Assembly: GCA_009602735.1 (NCBI GenBank)
Contig: WELA01003597.1
Location: 751,157-815,156 of the forward strand
Reading direction: 5' to 3'
DNA: 64,000 bases
DNA from: Mesotaenium endlicherianum
Taxonomy: Eukaryota
Within the stretch, counting starts at the first letter, position 1; every line of letters begins with the position of its first letter. The notes under the pieces were generated by a model. It ran no database searches. It was not told the DNA's origin and saw only the letters and a list, made by a program, of their open reading frames with translations. The translations under genes and the position numbers were made by a program. Shown piece after piece: positions 39,401 to 52,072 of this stretch.

Positions 39401-40997
39401 TCTGTTTCGAGTCGTACGCACACGAGGACACGAGAGCGCCCAGCTGTGACGAGCACTTCTTCTGCACCGACTGCTGGCAAGGTTCTCCTCTTCCCGCGTT
39501 TTCCCCCCCTTATTCCATACTCCTGGGGATCTTTTTCCTTGTTGTTAGTTAATGATGTGGTGGTACTTCGTTGCAGCCTCATGCTGAGACATCCGTGATG
39601 TCTCTCTCTCTCCCTCCTCTCTCTGCCTTTCTCCTATACTCACACACACACACACACAGCTGAGGCACCTTCTTGCGGAGTGGCCTCCCCAGCCACAACG
39701 ATGGCCTTGCGTCTGGCACTTACTTCGTGTGGGCACGCGTTCCAAGTGCGTACGTTTCATCGTGGAGGGGACAGGAATGCAGAGGGGATCTATAAGGAAA
39801 GAAGGCGTGACGTGCCGTAGTGCCCATCAGACTCGACTGAGGGGAGCAGCTTCCTACCGCTTGCTTGCCCATACCCTTCGCGCCCGCAGCTTTGTTTGGA
39901 AGTTGTTCGGAAGTCATTCACCTCTAAATCTTATAACACGTGGCCGATATTGTATGGTGCTCAGAGCACAGCACGAGCTCAGGCCTTGAACCTGACCAAG
40001 GGCAATGGCGCTCCACCTCAGCTCGCGACCTTGGATGCCTCGTGGCACGAGCGCAGCTGGCATGATGTCTCAATGCTGACAAGGACGAGTCTCCACGCGG
40101 CACTGGATTCCTCTCCACGCGAGGCGCACGATCTGCTGACACGTGGCAGGCACACGGCTCGCGCTCGCGCTTATATTACAGCAGCCCACTCCTGTCCTAC
40201 TCGCTCCTCCCCCTCTCTTTCTCCCTCACCCCCTTCTTCCCCTCCTCGCCCCCTCCCCCACGCTCACGCCCATGGCCTCTCCCTCCCCCTCTCCCCCTCT
40301 CTCTCTCTCTCTGACACGCACCCTGTCTGGTGCACCCTCTCTCGGGCTACGCAGGGTACATAAAGAGTGCAATCGCGGACGGGCCCGGGTGCCTGACGCT
40401 GCGCTGCCCCGACCCCAAGTGCGGCGCGTCGGTGGGCCAGGACATGGTGCTGGCGCTGGTGGACGACGACAGCAAGCGCAAGTACATGCGCTACCTGCTG
40501 CGCTCCTACGTGGAGGACAACCGCAAGGTGGGTGGGTGGGTGGGAGGCTGCCTTGCCTCTTCTTCTCAGCGCAGCCCATTGTCATCGTCCTGCCTGCCTG
40601 CCATGTGTCGTTCTCTCCCTCGGCACGGCGTGTGGCCCTGTCTCCGGAGCATCACGCGAAGCACAGCAGCTTGCTGCAGAGCCTCGCGAGAGCAGGGCAC
40701 ATGTGTGCATGCGTGCGTGCGTTCGTGCGGGTGGAGGGGGGGGGTGTGTGGGTGTGTGGGCGTGTGTGTGAAAAAGGGTGTGGTCCACCTTGTTTCTGGG
40801 CGACTGTTCGTCGGCAGCAAGAGCGGATGGCATGCACCAGCGCGCAGGTTGAGGATACTTGGCACACTCCTGCTGAGTTGGTGGTTAACGGACTTTTTGA
40901 CGCGGTTTACAACTTATTGGATTGCGGCACTACCTGACAGCGTTGTTCTCCTCATCCATTTGGTTGTCTGATTCACCCACGCACGCATGCACGCACG

Positions 40998-41069
<72 letters not shown>

Positions 41070-42513
41070 TTTGTGCCGGTTCAGAGTGTGGAGTTCTTCC
41101 TCCTTTCTTACTCCCCCCTCCCTCGCTCATGTAGTACAGGTAGCAAGAGGCAGGCAGAGCCAAAAATGGAGGGCGTGAATTACCTGGCCACGCTTGCTCT
41201 GGGCCAATACATGGTTATGTTCTTGGGGCCGGGGTGGGAGACGCGAGGAGGCTTGAGTACTGCAAGGATGTGCTCTGTGGGCCTCCCTCTCCGCCCCTCT
41301 TTCTCTGTCTCAGCTGTCGATAGGTGAGGGCGGGGTGAGGGGGTGCAGGCCAAGTGGTGTCCGGCGCCCGGGTGCGACTACGCGGTGGAGTATGTGCCAG
41401 GCAGCCACTCGTTCGACATCGTCTGCCACTGCTGCCACAACTTCTGCTGGAATGTGTGCCCCCCCTCCTCCTTGGCCCTCCCCCTCTTTTCTCTTGTCTT
41501 CTCATTCCTCTCTATCCTCATGATGATAATGATTGTGCCCCCCATTCCATCGTGCCCTCCTCAGGGATTGCCTGCACTGGTGCCGTGTGTCCCTCTTGCG
41601 GTGTCTGAGATTGGCAATGCATGCGCGTGTATATTGCGGAGGGGAGCACGACGTTCTCCCTGTAGCTGCTGTTGGCCTCTTGGAGCCGGATACTATGAGC
41701 AGCAGTAGGAGTAGTAGAAGGACAATAAGAAGCAGCAGCTGATGATGAGGATGTGGACGATAATAGATGATAGATGATGACGATGCCATACTCTCCCTCC
41801 GGCTGCTGCTTCTTCATTTTCTTCTTTTTCTTCTTCTTCCCCCAGCTCCGGGGTGTGTGCTGGCCATCCTTACGCCTCGTGCTCTAAGGTTGACTACAGC
41901 TGAACGATGAGATGGGTGGAAAATCACGGCCTCCCTGGAGAAAGGGGGGAGAGAGTATCGGCGGCGAATCCTTGCTGGAGCCCAACGCTGCTGCTGTTGC
42001 GAACATGGCAACCGCATGCTTGTGAAAGTGATAGTGCGTGCGTGTGTAGGGCGCGTGTGCTTTCCCCTCCTGTCCTCAATGGTCCTGCACGGGGGGGGCA
42101 AATGCTCTTTGTCCGTGTGGCGTGGGGAGGGGGAGCAGTGCCTGGAGGAGGCGCACCGCCCCGTGGACTGCGAGACAGTGGGCAAGTGGATTCTCAAGAA
42201 CACCGCAGAGTCCGAGAACATGAACTGGTGACCCCCCCCCCCCCCCCCCCNNNNNNNNNNNNNNNNNNNNNNNNNNNNNNNNNNNNNNNNNNNNNNNNNN
42301 NNNNNNNNNNNNNNNNNNNNNNNNNNNNNNNNNNNNNNNNNNNNNNNNNNNNNNNNNNNNNNNNNNNNNNNNNNNNNNNNNNNNNNNNNNNNNNNNNNNN
42401 NNNNNNNNNNNNNNNNNNNNNNNNNNNNNNNNNNNNNNNNNNNNNNNNNNNNNNNNNNNNNNNNNNNNNNNNNNNNNNNNNNNNNNNNNNNNNNNNNNNN
42501 NNNNNNNNNNNNN

Positions 42514-42595
<82 letters not shown>

Positions 42596-45500
42596 GCTAC
42601 TCGCAGACACACGATGCGGTTTCTACTGGCTCGTGCCAGAGCTCACGAGTGTCTTCGCAAAGCATTCTTACGATTGGGGAGGCGGCAGTGAGTGTGCCAA
42701 GGAGTGCATCTCCGCTCCTCTTACGCCTGCCAGCTTGGTAGTTCGTTCTCGGCGTGCGTGTATGCATGCATGCCTGCGGTGGCGAGCCTTGGGGTCTGAG
42801 CCTGTGCCACGTGGCGTGTTTTGGAAAGGTGCTGCAGGGCCCCAAAATTTGCCTCGCTTGAACTGCAGTGCGGCCATTTGTGAATGGGTGCCTCTCCATC
42901 TGTCTGCTTATCATTCCTTCAACAGTTTGGGCTTTTCGCGGCTGCTTACGGCGTATGCTTGACTTGCAAGGAAGAGACAAGGAGGCCCACCAAGTCACGC
43001 GTGGAACCTCACCTCCTCCGGTGTGTGTTCTTCTTGGCCTTTGCGTGCGCGTGCGCGTGTGAAAGTAGGAGAGACCTCCTACATACTGTGACCTCATGCA
43101 TTCAAATCCGCGCCTAACTTGCCGGATTTCCAGGAGTATAAAGCATGTCGCAACGGAGACTATCGGCAGGCACTAAGCATCGGTACTACTAAGGTGAGAA
43201 AGAACTCCAACAACAAGAAAGAGGCTCGAAGGAGGGACTACTCCCCAGACTGGACACTGACAGGATAACTGACCTGTGTGCGTGTGTGCGTGGGTGACTG
43301 CGCGTGTGGGTGTGTTCTTCCTCCTTCCCTGCTCCCCGTCTGCATCGTGCCCTTCCTGTGGCGCGTGAGAGGGCTACCAGGTTGTGCTTGGGGGCGTGGA
43401 GCGAGCACGGGGAGCGCACGGGTGGCTTTTACGCATGCAACCGCTACGAGACGGCCAAGAACGAAGGCGCTGTAAGCACTGCGCGCACACCGCCCTCCTT
43501 ATTTGTTGGCCTCGGCCCCCCTTTGCGCCCTTCCCCCTCGCCAAGTTGTCATTGTCCTCCCCTAGTCTCTTCTACTGTGAGCTTGTGCAAACATGCTCAT
43601 GTCTCGACTTCTCTGGCCTTGAGAGCTCGGCGGCTGAGAATGAGGCGGCCTTGCTCAATTAGCTGCGGAGAGAGTACGGCGGTGAGAAGAATTTGAAAGC
43701 AGGGCAGGGCAAAGGATATAAGGAGACGTCAACTACGAGGTCCGTTGACAAAGCAAGAGCCACCAGGGTCCTACAACCCGTTGCGTGCACTTCATCCTCC
43801 GCCTGTCTTTGATCAGGACAAGAGAATCGTCGCTGAGGCTCATTGAGAGGGCTGACAGGCCACCATCAAGTTTGATGTCAGAGAGATTGATGACACTACT
43901 CTTGGAGAATGAATGTCCTCACTGGATTGTTATCGAGTAGCGACGTAAGCTGGAATGGATTGGAGCACCCAGGTGTTCACAATAAGAGCGGGATGAAAAA
44001 GGTAAGTCGAGCGTTGAGAGAGAAGATAGAGGCAAAAAGGAAGAAAGATCCCAGCGAGAATGGCAGAACCACGTTTGTTTCCTCCGCTAGGGAAGAGGGC
44101 GAGCGCGCCTTTTGGCACTGCTGCAGTGCCGTGGTGTGCTGTGTGCCACGACAAAGCACACTCGGCTGTCCTTCCTTCCCGAGATGCGTGTGTCGCTCGC
44201 TGACACCATTGGTGTCGCTTGCCGTTGCCACGTGCTACGCGGCGCTGTGCTAAGTGTGCTGTGCTGGGGGGAGGGGGGGTGCAGTACGACGAGGCGGAGC
44301 GGCGGCGCGACATGGCGAAGAACTCGCTGGAGCGCTACACGCACTACTACGAGCGCTGGGCCACCAACGAGTCGGTGCGTGCCCCTCCCTCCCCCCACTC
44401 GGATAACGCTGAGGCTGAGGCTGCTCAGTGTCAGAGCGTGCTTGTTCAGAGGAGAGATGCTGTAGGCCCGCCAGGCAGCCGTGGCTGGCTGGTTGTTGTC
44501 AGGAGGCAGGGCTGGGCTGGGCTTGGCTGGGGCTGGGCTGGGCGAGGAGAGGGCGTGTGCCCGGGCGTATAGCGGAGGCCAGCCCTGGCGGGCCCTCTGT
44601 AGTCTTGGACGCAGTCGCCGCTCGTGGGGGTGGACGATGCAGTTGAAATGAATCGCCTTGACGGCGACGGGCGTTGCCGCTGAGTTCCGATGTTCCACTC
44701 ATCCTTTTTTGCTCGGGGCCGTTTGTGAGAGCGGATTTCGTGGCCCCTGCCGCAATAGAAAGAGCAACGAATCGAGTTCCCGTCATTCCAGTGTTCAGCA
44801 TGAGGAGCGTGGTGCAGTTTTTGCTACCGCTTTACGATGTTTCATGTGGGGGGGAGTGGGGCGGAGCGGGGCCCCCCTTCACACTGCTGCTGCGGGCATC
44901 GGCAGTGCTTTGTGCGCGGCACTGCCACTTTGTGTGGCTCAGGCGGCTCTCGCGAGGCGCGTCAAGCTGGCCTGCCAACGGGGCAGGACACTTGCACCGG
45001 CTGAGGCACTGCCTGCCCCGTCCCATTTGCTACAGTGGGGCTGCTGCAGCCGCTTGCGTTACTCACAGAGCGCCAGGTGGCGCGTAGCAGCGGCTTTTGC
45101 TGATGGGTGGAATCTGTAATAAGTGACCAGAGAGAGAGAGAAAGAGAGGTAGAGTACATGCCCGACTGCTCGTCCAGTGCTTGCCTCGTGCTCGTCTCCC
45201 ACTGTCTGTCGGCTGCTACCTCCAAATTTCTTCTGCGGAGACTGTGCTGGCGCGTTGACTTGCTTGTGCGTGTGTGTGTGTGTGTGTGTGTCTGTGGGCA
45301 GTCGCGCGTGACGGCGCTGGAGTCGCTGCGCTCCATGCAGAGCAAGAAAGTGCGCACACGCCCCTCCTCCTCCTTCCTCTCCCTCCTCTTCTTCTTCTTC
45401 TTCTTCTCCTAAGGGGATGGTGAGACCTTCTTCTTGTGCCGTTCGGTGCCTGTAGGAGCATCGCGAGCTTGATCGTGCGCCGTCCTCCTCCTGCTTCTTC

Positions 45501-46217
45501 TCGTCGTCTAGGTGTGATCGCGGCCACCGCTTGGGACACGTAGGCAGTCACGCGAGAAGCCGGGCCAGGGCTAGGGCCTCTCATTGTAAAGCACGACACA
45601 GTGGTGAGTGCCGCAGGAGCGAGGGCGGCTGCTCCTGCGCTCGTGCGCACGAGGGCCCTCCTCCCCTCAGGAGGGCCTCCTCCTCGCCGGGGTTTCTTGG
45701 GGTGGGAGTCGTCTGGTGATGTGCACGCAGCGGCAGCGCCCTCCCCTCCTTTCCCACATTCGGTGAGCTTGCGATGTGGGGGTGGGGGTGGGGGCTGGCA
45801 GATAGAGACGCTGAGCGACATGCAGAGCCAGCCGGTTTCGCAGCTCAAGTTTGTGACGGACGCCTGGCAGCAGGTCACTCCCCCCCCNNNNNNNNNNNNN
45901 NNNNNNNNNNNNNNNNNNNNNNNNNNNNNNNNNNNNNNNNNNNNNNNNNNNNNNNNNNNNNNNNNNNNNNNNNNNNNNNNNNNNNNNNNNNNNNNNNNNN
46001 NNNNNNNNNNNNNNNNNNNNNNNNNNNNNNNNNNNNNNNNNNNNNNNNNNNNNNNNNNNNNNNNNNNNNNNNNNNNNNNNNNNNNNNNNNNNNNNNNNNN
46101 NNNNNNNNNNNNNNNNNNNNNNNNNNNNNNNNNNNNNNNNNNNNNNNNNNNNNNNNNNNNNNNNNNNNNNNNNNNNNNNNNNNNNNNNNNNNNNNNNNNN
46201 NNNNNNNNNNNNNNNNN

Positions 46218-46280
<63 letters not shown>

Positions 46281-48751
46281 CCCCGCTTTTCCCTTCTCTG
46301 CTCCTCCGCTGTGCATTTCTCGTTTGCGTGCGTGCATCTTTGGCCCCTTCTGCGTGCCATCTGCTTGCCCGTCTGCCCCTGCCCTGCCCTGCTCTGCAGC
46401 ATTGGAGCCTCGTCCCCCACCTCCTCCCCCTGACGAACTTGCTGGGGAGGCTTGGCCCGGCTGTCTATTGGAGTATAGCTCCTGGAAGGAGATTGTTCTA
46501 ATGCATATCTTGTTCCAGAAAGGAGTGTGTCAGAAGGAGAGTCCCCCCCAAGCAGCAATGAAGAATGATGGTGCCTGTGAGATCGTCAAGAAGAAGCAAA
46601 GAAGCTAATATGTGTACTGATTTTCTGCCATGTCTCACTCTCCGGGTGTGGCAGGTGGTGGAGTGCCGGCGCGTGCTGAAGTGGACGTACGCGTACGGGT
46701 TCTACCTGCCGGAGCAAGAGCACGCCAAGCGTGCCTTCTTCGAATACCTCCAGGGTGCGCTCCCCTTTTTGTTCTCCATGGAGGGCACGTCGCAACGCAT
46801 GCACGCGCGCACACACGCACAGTGAAAGGGCATGCCACTGTTGGGCAGACATCGAGCCAGGAGCAAACGAATGCTCACAGCGTGCTTAGGTTGTCGCACA
46901 GAGCGCCCGCGGTCCTTTGTGATGAGAATCAGTGATGATGCGACACACGCCGCTGCGAGACGGGGATGACTGGAAACGGAGTGGCAGGCGGATCTCAATG
47001 ACAGCAACGCAGCAGCCGCGAGATAGCTGCAGGCGGGGCCCATGTTGTTTTCTTCGGACCTTTTGGGATGCGACGAGTGACATGCCAATGGAGGAGGAGG
47101 AGGAGGAGGAGGAGGAGGATGGTGTGCGGGCACGCTTTCTGACGATACACTGGACGATGAAGGGCGATTGGAGCTGCTGATGGTGGTGCTGCTGCTGCTG
47201 GTGGTGGTGGTGGTGGTGGTGGCGGTGACGATGACGGTGACGGTGATTATTGTGGAGGTTTTGAGGAGGCTTTTCATGCTGCTGATGATGGTGTTGATGG
47301 TGGTCGTGGCTGTGGTGCTGGTGTTGGTGCTGGCGCTGGTGGGGTGGCGATGCAACGCAACGGTACGCAGGCGAGGCAGAGGCGGGGCTGGAGCGGCTGC
47401 ACAAGACGGCGGAGCAGGATCTGGAGGGCTTCCTCACGCCGCCGCCCGTCGAGATGGCCCCGGTCACCGCGCAGGGGCAGGTGCAGGAGAGGCCGTCCAT
47501 GGCATTCAACGAGTTCCGCACCAAGCTGGCCGGCCTCACCAGGTGGACGTCCACACTTGCCTCACGTGTGTGCATGTGCGTGTGTATATATGTGTGCGTG
47601 CTCACGCGCGCATTTGTTTGTATGTGCGCGCGCGTGTGTGTGTGCGTGCTCACGCGCGCATTTGTTTGTATGTGCGCGCGCGCGTGTGTGTGCGTGTGTG
47701 TGCGCTGGCGACGGCAGCCTCCTCAGGGGGGAGCGGTTAACGTGCCTGTGTCACTCAGCCCGGAAGCCTTGACATCTTTGGGTGGCGCTGCCTGTGTGCC
47801 TTGGATGGTGCAGGAGTCTATACTGCTGCGAGCGTCTGTGTCTTGTTGCCGCATGCTGCCCCTCTTACATCAATTGATTGTTGGATGCCCTGAGAAGGGC
47901 GAGGATGGGCTTACTGCCAAAAAAAAATTGTCTTCTTGCAGTGCAATTGGAGGGGCCAGCCTGAGCCAGAGAGAGAGAGAAAGAGGGGGAGATATATTTC
48001 TGAAGATTGGGGTAACTTCAGGCGGCCCTGCCCTTGATAGGCGTGCTGCCAAGCTGGCCTTGCTGTATCAACATACGTGCAATGCACAACACCGCTTCTG
48101 CCTCTGCCTCTGCCTCTGCCTCTGCCGGGTGACGCCACTCTGCGCGTGGCCAGCCGTGTATCTCAGCATCCACAGCGTTAGCAAGCTCGGCTTATTTGAG
48201 CAGTGCCACCACTGCCAAGCAGGTGCCCCTGGGGTCGTCAGCCAGCACCGGGGAAGAGGTGCGATGCATGGGAACGAGAAGTACACGCGTGGCGCCGTGA
48301 CTACTGAGGCATTGAAGCCGTCCTTTCGTGTGGTGGGGCGTCGGTGTGCTGCACCTCTTACTCCTCCCCTCCTCCTCCCTCCCTCCGCCCCCACTCTCAC
48401 AATCACGCCTGGCCCCGCTCTGCCCCGCGTGCTGTCTCTGTCTCCTGCGTGTGCAGTGTGACGCATACGTACTTTGAGAATCTGGTGCGCGCCCTGGAGA
48501 ACGGCCTGCAGGACGTGGACAACTCCAAGATCCTGACGAGAGTGCCGAGCGGCTCGTCCAAGGGGGCGGCGGGAAAGGCGGGCAAGGCGGCGAAAGTCAG
48601 CAGCAGCAGCAGGGGAATCACCAGCAGGGCCGCGTGGGGACGATCAGTCCCGGCGGAGGAGCCAGCATTCTGGTCCTGCGACCACTGCACCCTAGCAAAT
48701 CCTCCCCAGTCGCGCGTGTGCGCAGTCTGCAACTTGCCCCGTGGGCCCTAG
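36412..48751 (+). CDS. ARIADNE-family RBR E3 ubiquitin ligase (ARI7/ARI8-like) with C-terminal RanBP2-type zinc finger. Exons 36412-36561, 37097-37221, 38141-38246, 39388-39481, 40355-40527, 41349-41453, 42139-42227, [one exon missing, probably in gap 42251-42513], 43381-43471, 44285-44374, 45302-45349, 45802-45873, 46655-46754, 47371-47542, 48457-48751
   Basis: Acidic N-terminus, LLRHFKWS, RING1 ([28 protein letters not shown]), IBR ([29 protein letters not shown]), [29 protein letters not shown], Ariadne domain ([43 protein letters not shown]), [14 protein letters not shown]. Confidence 0.95.
41002..41058. repeat. (CA)n microsatellite in ARI intron
   Basis: Directly visible. Confidence 0.9.
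47178..47340. repeat. Mixed trinucleotide low-complexity tract (GTG/GCT/GAT) in ARI intron
   Basis: Directly visible; it produces spurious poly-V/poly-T/poly-H ORFs. Confidence 0.8.
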
Positions 48752-51700
48752 GCGGGGTTGTATAGTCCTTGCAGCAGCGGAATCTTCGATCGGGCATAGT
48801 AGTGATAACAGTTAATTGGGAAGAGCGTCTCCCAAGTGCCGGCTGGTGCCCTCTCGGGACAGGGCAGTCTCAGCTTTGCTGCTGACGACTCTCGCACATG
48901 CCGGCAGTTGTACAAATCTGTGACGCTAGTGATGTCTATTGAATTGGATGCATACTGCTTTCTTTCGTGTCAGCGTCTCCCAAATGCTGATATTGTGTTT
49001 GACTGGAAGTGCAAGGTTCTTAGTATTTAGGTAGCTTTGTGTCCGAACTTTTCCCTCTGGTTTCCAACTCACCTCTCCAAAAGCAGACTGTATACAGTGT
49101 TAAATGCGTGGTGTATGTTTCTTTCATATCCTGGTGGACAACCACATGTTTGATAGAACCATGCATTCATGCATTGCTTTGGCGCTGTATTGCTCGAAAA
49201 CCTTAGACTAGGCCGTGCATACTTGATGTTAAGAGCTTGAGAACAAACAAGTTCAATGTAATTGGTCTTTGAAAAGCTTTTGCTATTTTAGAAAGGATGC
49301 CAGATTTAACGATGTCTGAGCATCGAGAGCCTCCAGGGTACCTGAAAGTTCGCCAGGCAGACCCCTGACCCCACTTTGTCACCCTACAATTAAGGGCCTG
49401 TTATAGTGGCCAAACGCATAGAATTCAATTCTGCCACTTGCAATCGCGTAAATTCCAACTCAATTGAGATTGTTTCAATTTGATTGAAAGTGTTTCAATT
49501 GCAATTGGACAGCGCGTGTCAAATGCCCCACTACTTTGATGACACTTTTGGGATATCTGTTTTCATGGGTCATGTTGTAAAAACATGCTCAGTACTTTTA
49601 GCTTCTCCGATCGTCGGATGAGCTCAAATCTGACTTGGATGCGGATCATTGTGTTTGGTGTAAAGCAATAAATAGCTTTTCATTCCTCTTGAAGGTACGT
49701 TACATGCCGTTACATGATACCAAGGTGGGGGTTTCATTATTCATACTTCGAATCTGACATGTTGTAAGTCGTATTTATTGTAACACGACTAGATTTCAAA
49801 GTGAGAGTTGGAGACGTTGCTTATGCGTGAATCCTTATTGACCTCTTGAGGTCAATAGAGGAAAGCCCCATGCGATTGAGTTTTCTACAATCCAATTGCA
49901 AAATGCACACCATATCGATTGAGGAAAAACCTCTAAAAACCACTGTAAACCAGTTTTGTCAACCAAGTTTTTGCGTTGTAAAAGTTGGTGTACCAGCAGG
50001 GACACAAAACTACTTCGTGATTGAATTAGAATCGGGGACCGGTTCATTGTGCCACAGTAGATTGGCCCTAAAGAAACCTGGGCTAGATGACACAGACGAA
50101 CACGATTCCAGTGCTCGTACATGCATGTGGCATCTTACACTACGTCTTTGACGACTCTGGAAAATATTGCCCAAAGTGCTCTACACAATAATAGTTCAAA
50201 GCTGGTTCATGAGCCAGTCCAAGCGCTGCTGCGTTCAAGAACGTTCACTGCTCAGCGCTATTGAAGTCGGCAGTATGGCGCCTGGTCCTTGTCGTCGTAG
50301 GCTGGGCCAGAAAAGTGGCAACAACCGTACCATTGTATGTGGCATTTAGGCGGACGTTTTTGAGGGCCGCCCATAAAGTTTGATATTAAGGCCCCGACCA
50401 GGTACGACGTCACAGACGCTTGAAAGATGGAAGCCAAACCGCTTTGGACTGCTTTGGACCACTCTAGGACCTAGGCCCTAGCGTGCTCTGGAGTCTCGAG
50501 TTTGGTAAGTTGTAACCCTACAGAGTCTATATAGTAGAGACTGGCCTGTTCTGCATACAATTGTTTTTTGGACTTCCTGCACCAATGTGGACAAATGCGG
50601 ATATGTCCGCGTTACAGCGTACCTCGTCATGTCACACAGTATCTATACGGCTGCTTTAGGTCTTTTAAACCAGGAAAATTCATTGTACTCCATCCATTGT
50701 ACGACATGTTTAGAACTTTTTGTACGTTAAAAAGATGTGAGAGGAAGCTTACACGTCAAGCGCTTTTCGAAATTAAAAAAAATAATTTATAATTATTTAT
50801 AACGGTACAAGTATCTTTGATACCGGAATTACTTTTCTGAACTATCAAACCCAATGCCGGGGCCGAAAGCCTGGTCGAAGATCGATCGCAGCGCGGCAGC
50901 CCACTGCTGCCCACCGCAGCTTGCAGCAGTCTGCTGCAGCCAGCTGCACCAACTGCAGTTACTGCACCTGACTTGACTGAACTGCACACAACTGCACCAG
51001 AAATCACCGGCACATTAATGGAACAGTCGGTGACTTTCGAGTTTATCTAGCCACTCTCTTGCGCCAAGTCAACCCACGTCGACGGTTCTCAAAAGTATCA
51101 TGATAGCGTGAAAGGTGTGTCCACTTGCTCGAGTTCCTTCACGGAGCTCCACACGTTGAGATCCAGACCGCTCATTGCCAACTGTTGCGGAGGGCCCATG
51201 CAAAGACAGCCATGACACTTTTGTTTCCAAGCTGTCTCCATTTTGAGTTTGTTTCAGCTTTTGGTACAGCGAAAAAACAGCGTTAAAGTTCTTCTTTGTG
51301 ATCATAGCTGATGGTTGGGTTGAGAGGTACTTTTTCATGGCTCTGCCACCTGTTTCTCTCTCTTTCTTTCCCACCTCGTGAAGGCCCTGTAGCCGATCCC
51401 GTGTGCGTCTCTTGCGTGCAATTTAGTGGCTGTTGCTCTTATGTACTTTGAGTTTTCTCGAATGCTTTGTGCGTAAGGTTCGTGAATGAATGACTTCCTT
51501 GGGAACACCATATACCAGGATCACATGAACATGTGCTAGATACCTTATGTAATTTTACGCTACATCAGCTGTAGGACTCGCTCCCAGGCGATGCAGAAGA
51601 GTGCTAATCAGTGCTGCCGTTGATCAGCTCATAAATAATTCTTTCCAGCCTGTTTAACGATGTAATTCTCATGGGAAGTGGAGCTCGCAGAATTTTGGGT

Positions 51701-52072
51701 TGTGCATATAAGAAGCATAGGCCCTTCGAACCTACTTTATTCAAGACACTTTCTTTTTCTTTATAAGGACGGCCGACCACTTCCATTGTAAAATCAAGCC
51801 TTGCGCTGCTGCAGGCAGTGCCTTGGTTATGCTGAACCACCCCTGCTATCAAGTGTCTACAGGATCATGCCAGGGTGGGCGTTTTTTTTTTTGGTGTTTT
51901 TCCCCTTTGTGTAGTTATTGGGATCAGCATTGGGATCAGTCTTGGGAAACCGTAGTTAATTTGTAGGTTAAATAAGTTGGCACCTACAGAGGCGCTAAAA
52001 GTACTTACTATTTGAGGCTGGTGCTCACGCAGGTCCAAGTTTGAGAAGAGGGAGCTCTCCTGAAGGTCCCTC

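Noticed and set aside
49391..50072. Possible Tourist/Harbinger-like MITE (TAA-GGGCCTGTT start, CAATTG-rich palindromes, GGCCCTAA end)
   Set aside because: Terminal match is only about 5 bp and internal inverted repeats are not nested; needs a genome-wide copy search.
50921..51000. Repeated CTGCA(C/G) words resembling a short array
   Set aside because: Irregular low-complexity repeats without constant repeat/spacer structure; not CRISPR-like.
50400..51160. ACGT-core boxes (GACGTC, CACGTC, CACGTT) upstream of the HY5-like gene as autoregulatory sites
   Set aside because: Such hexamers are frequent throughout the window; no enrichment can be shown by eye.
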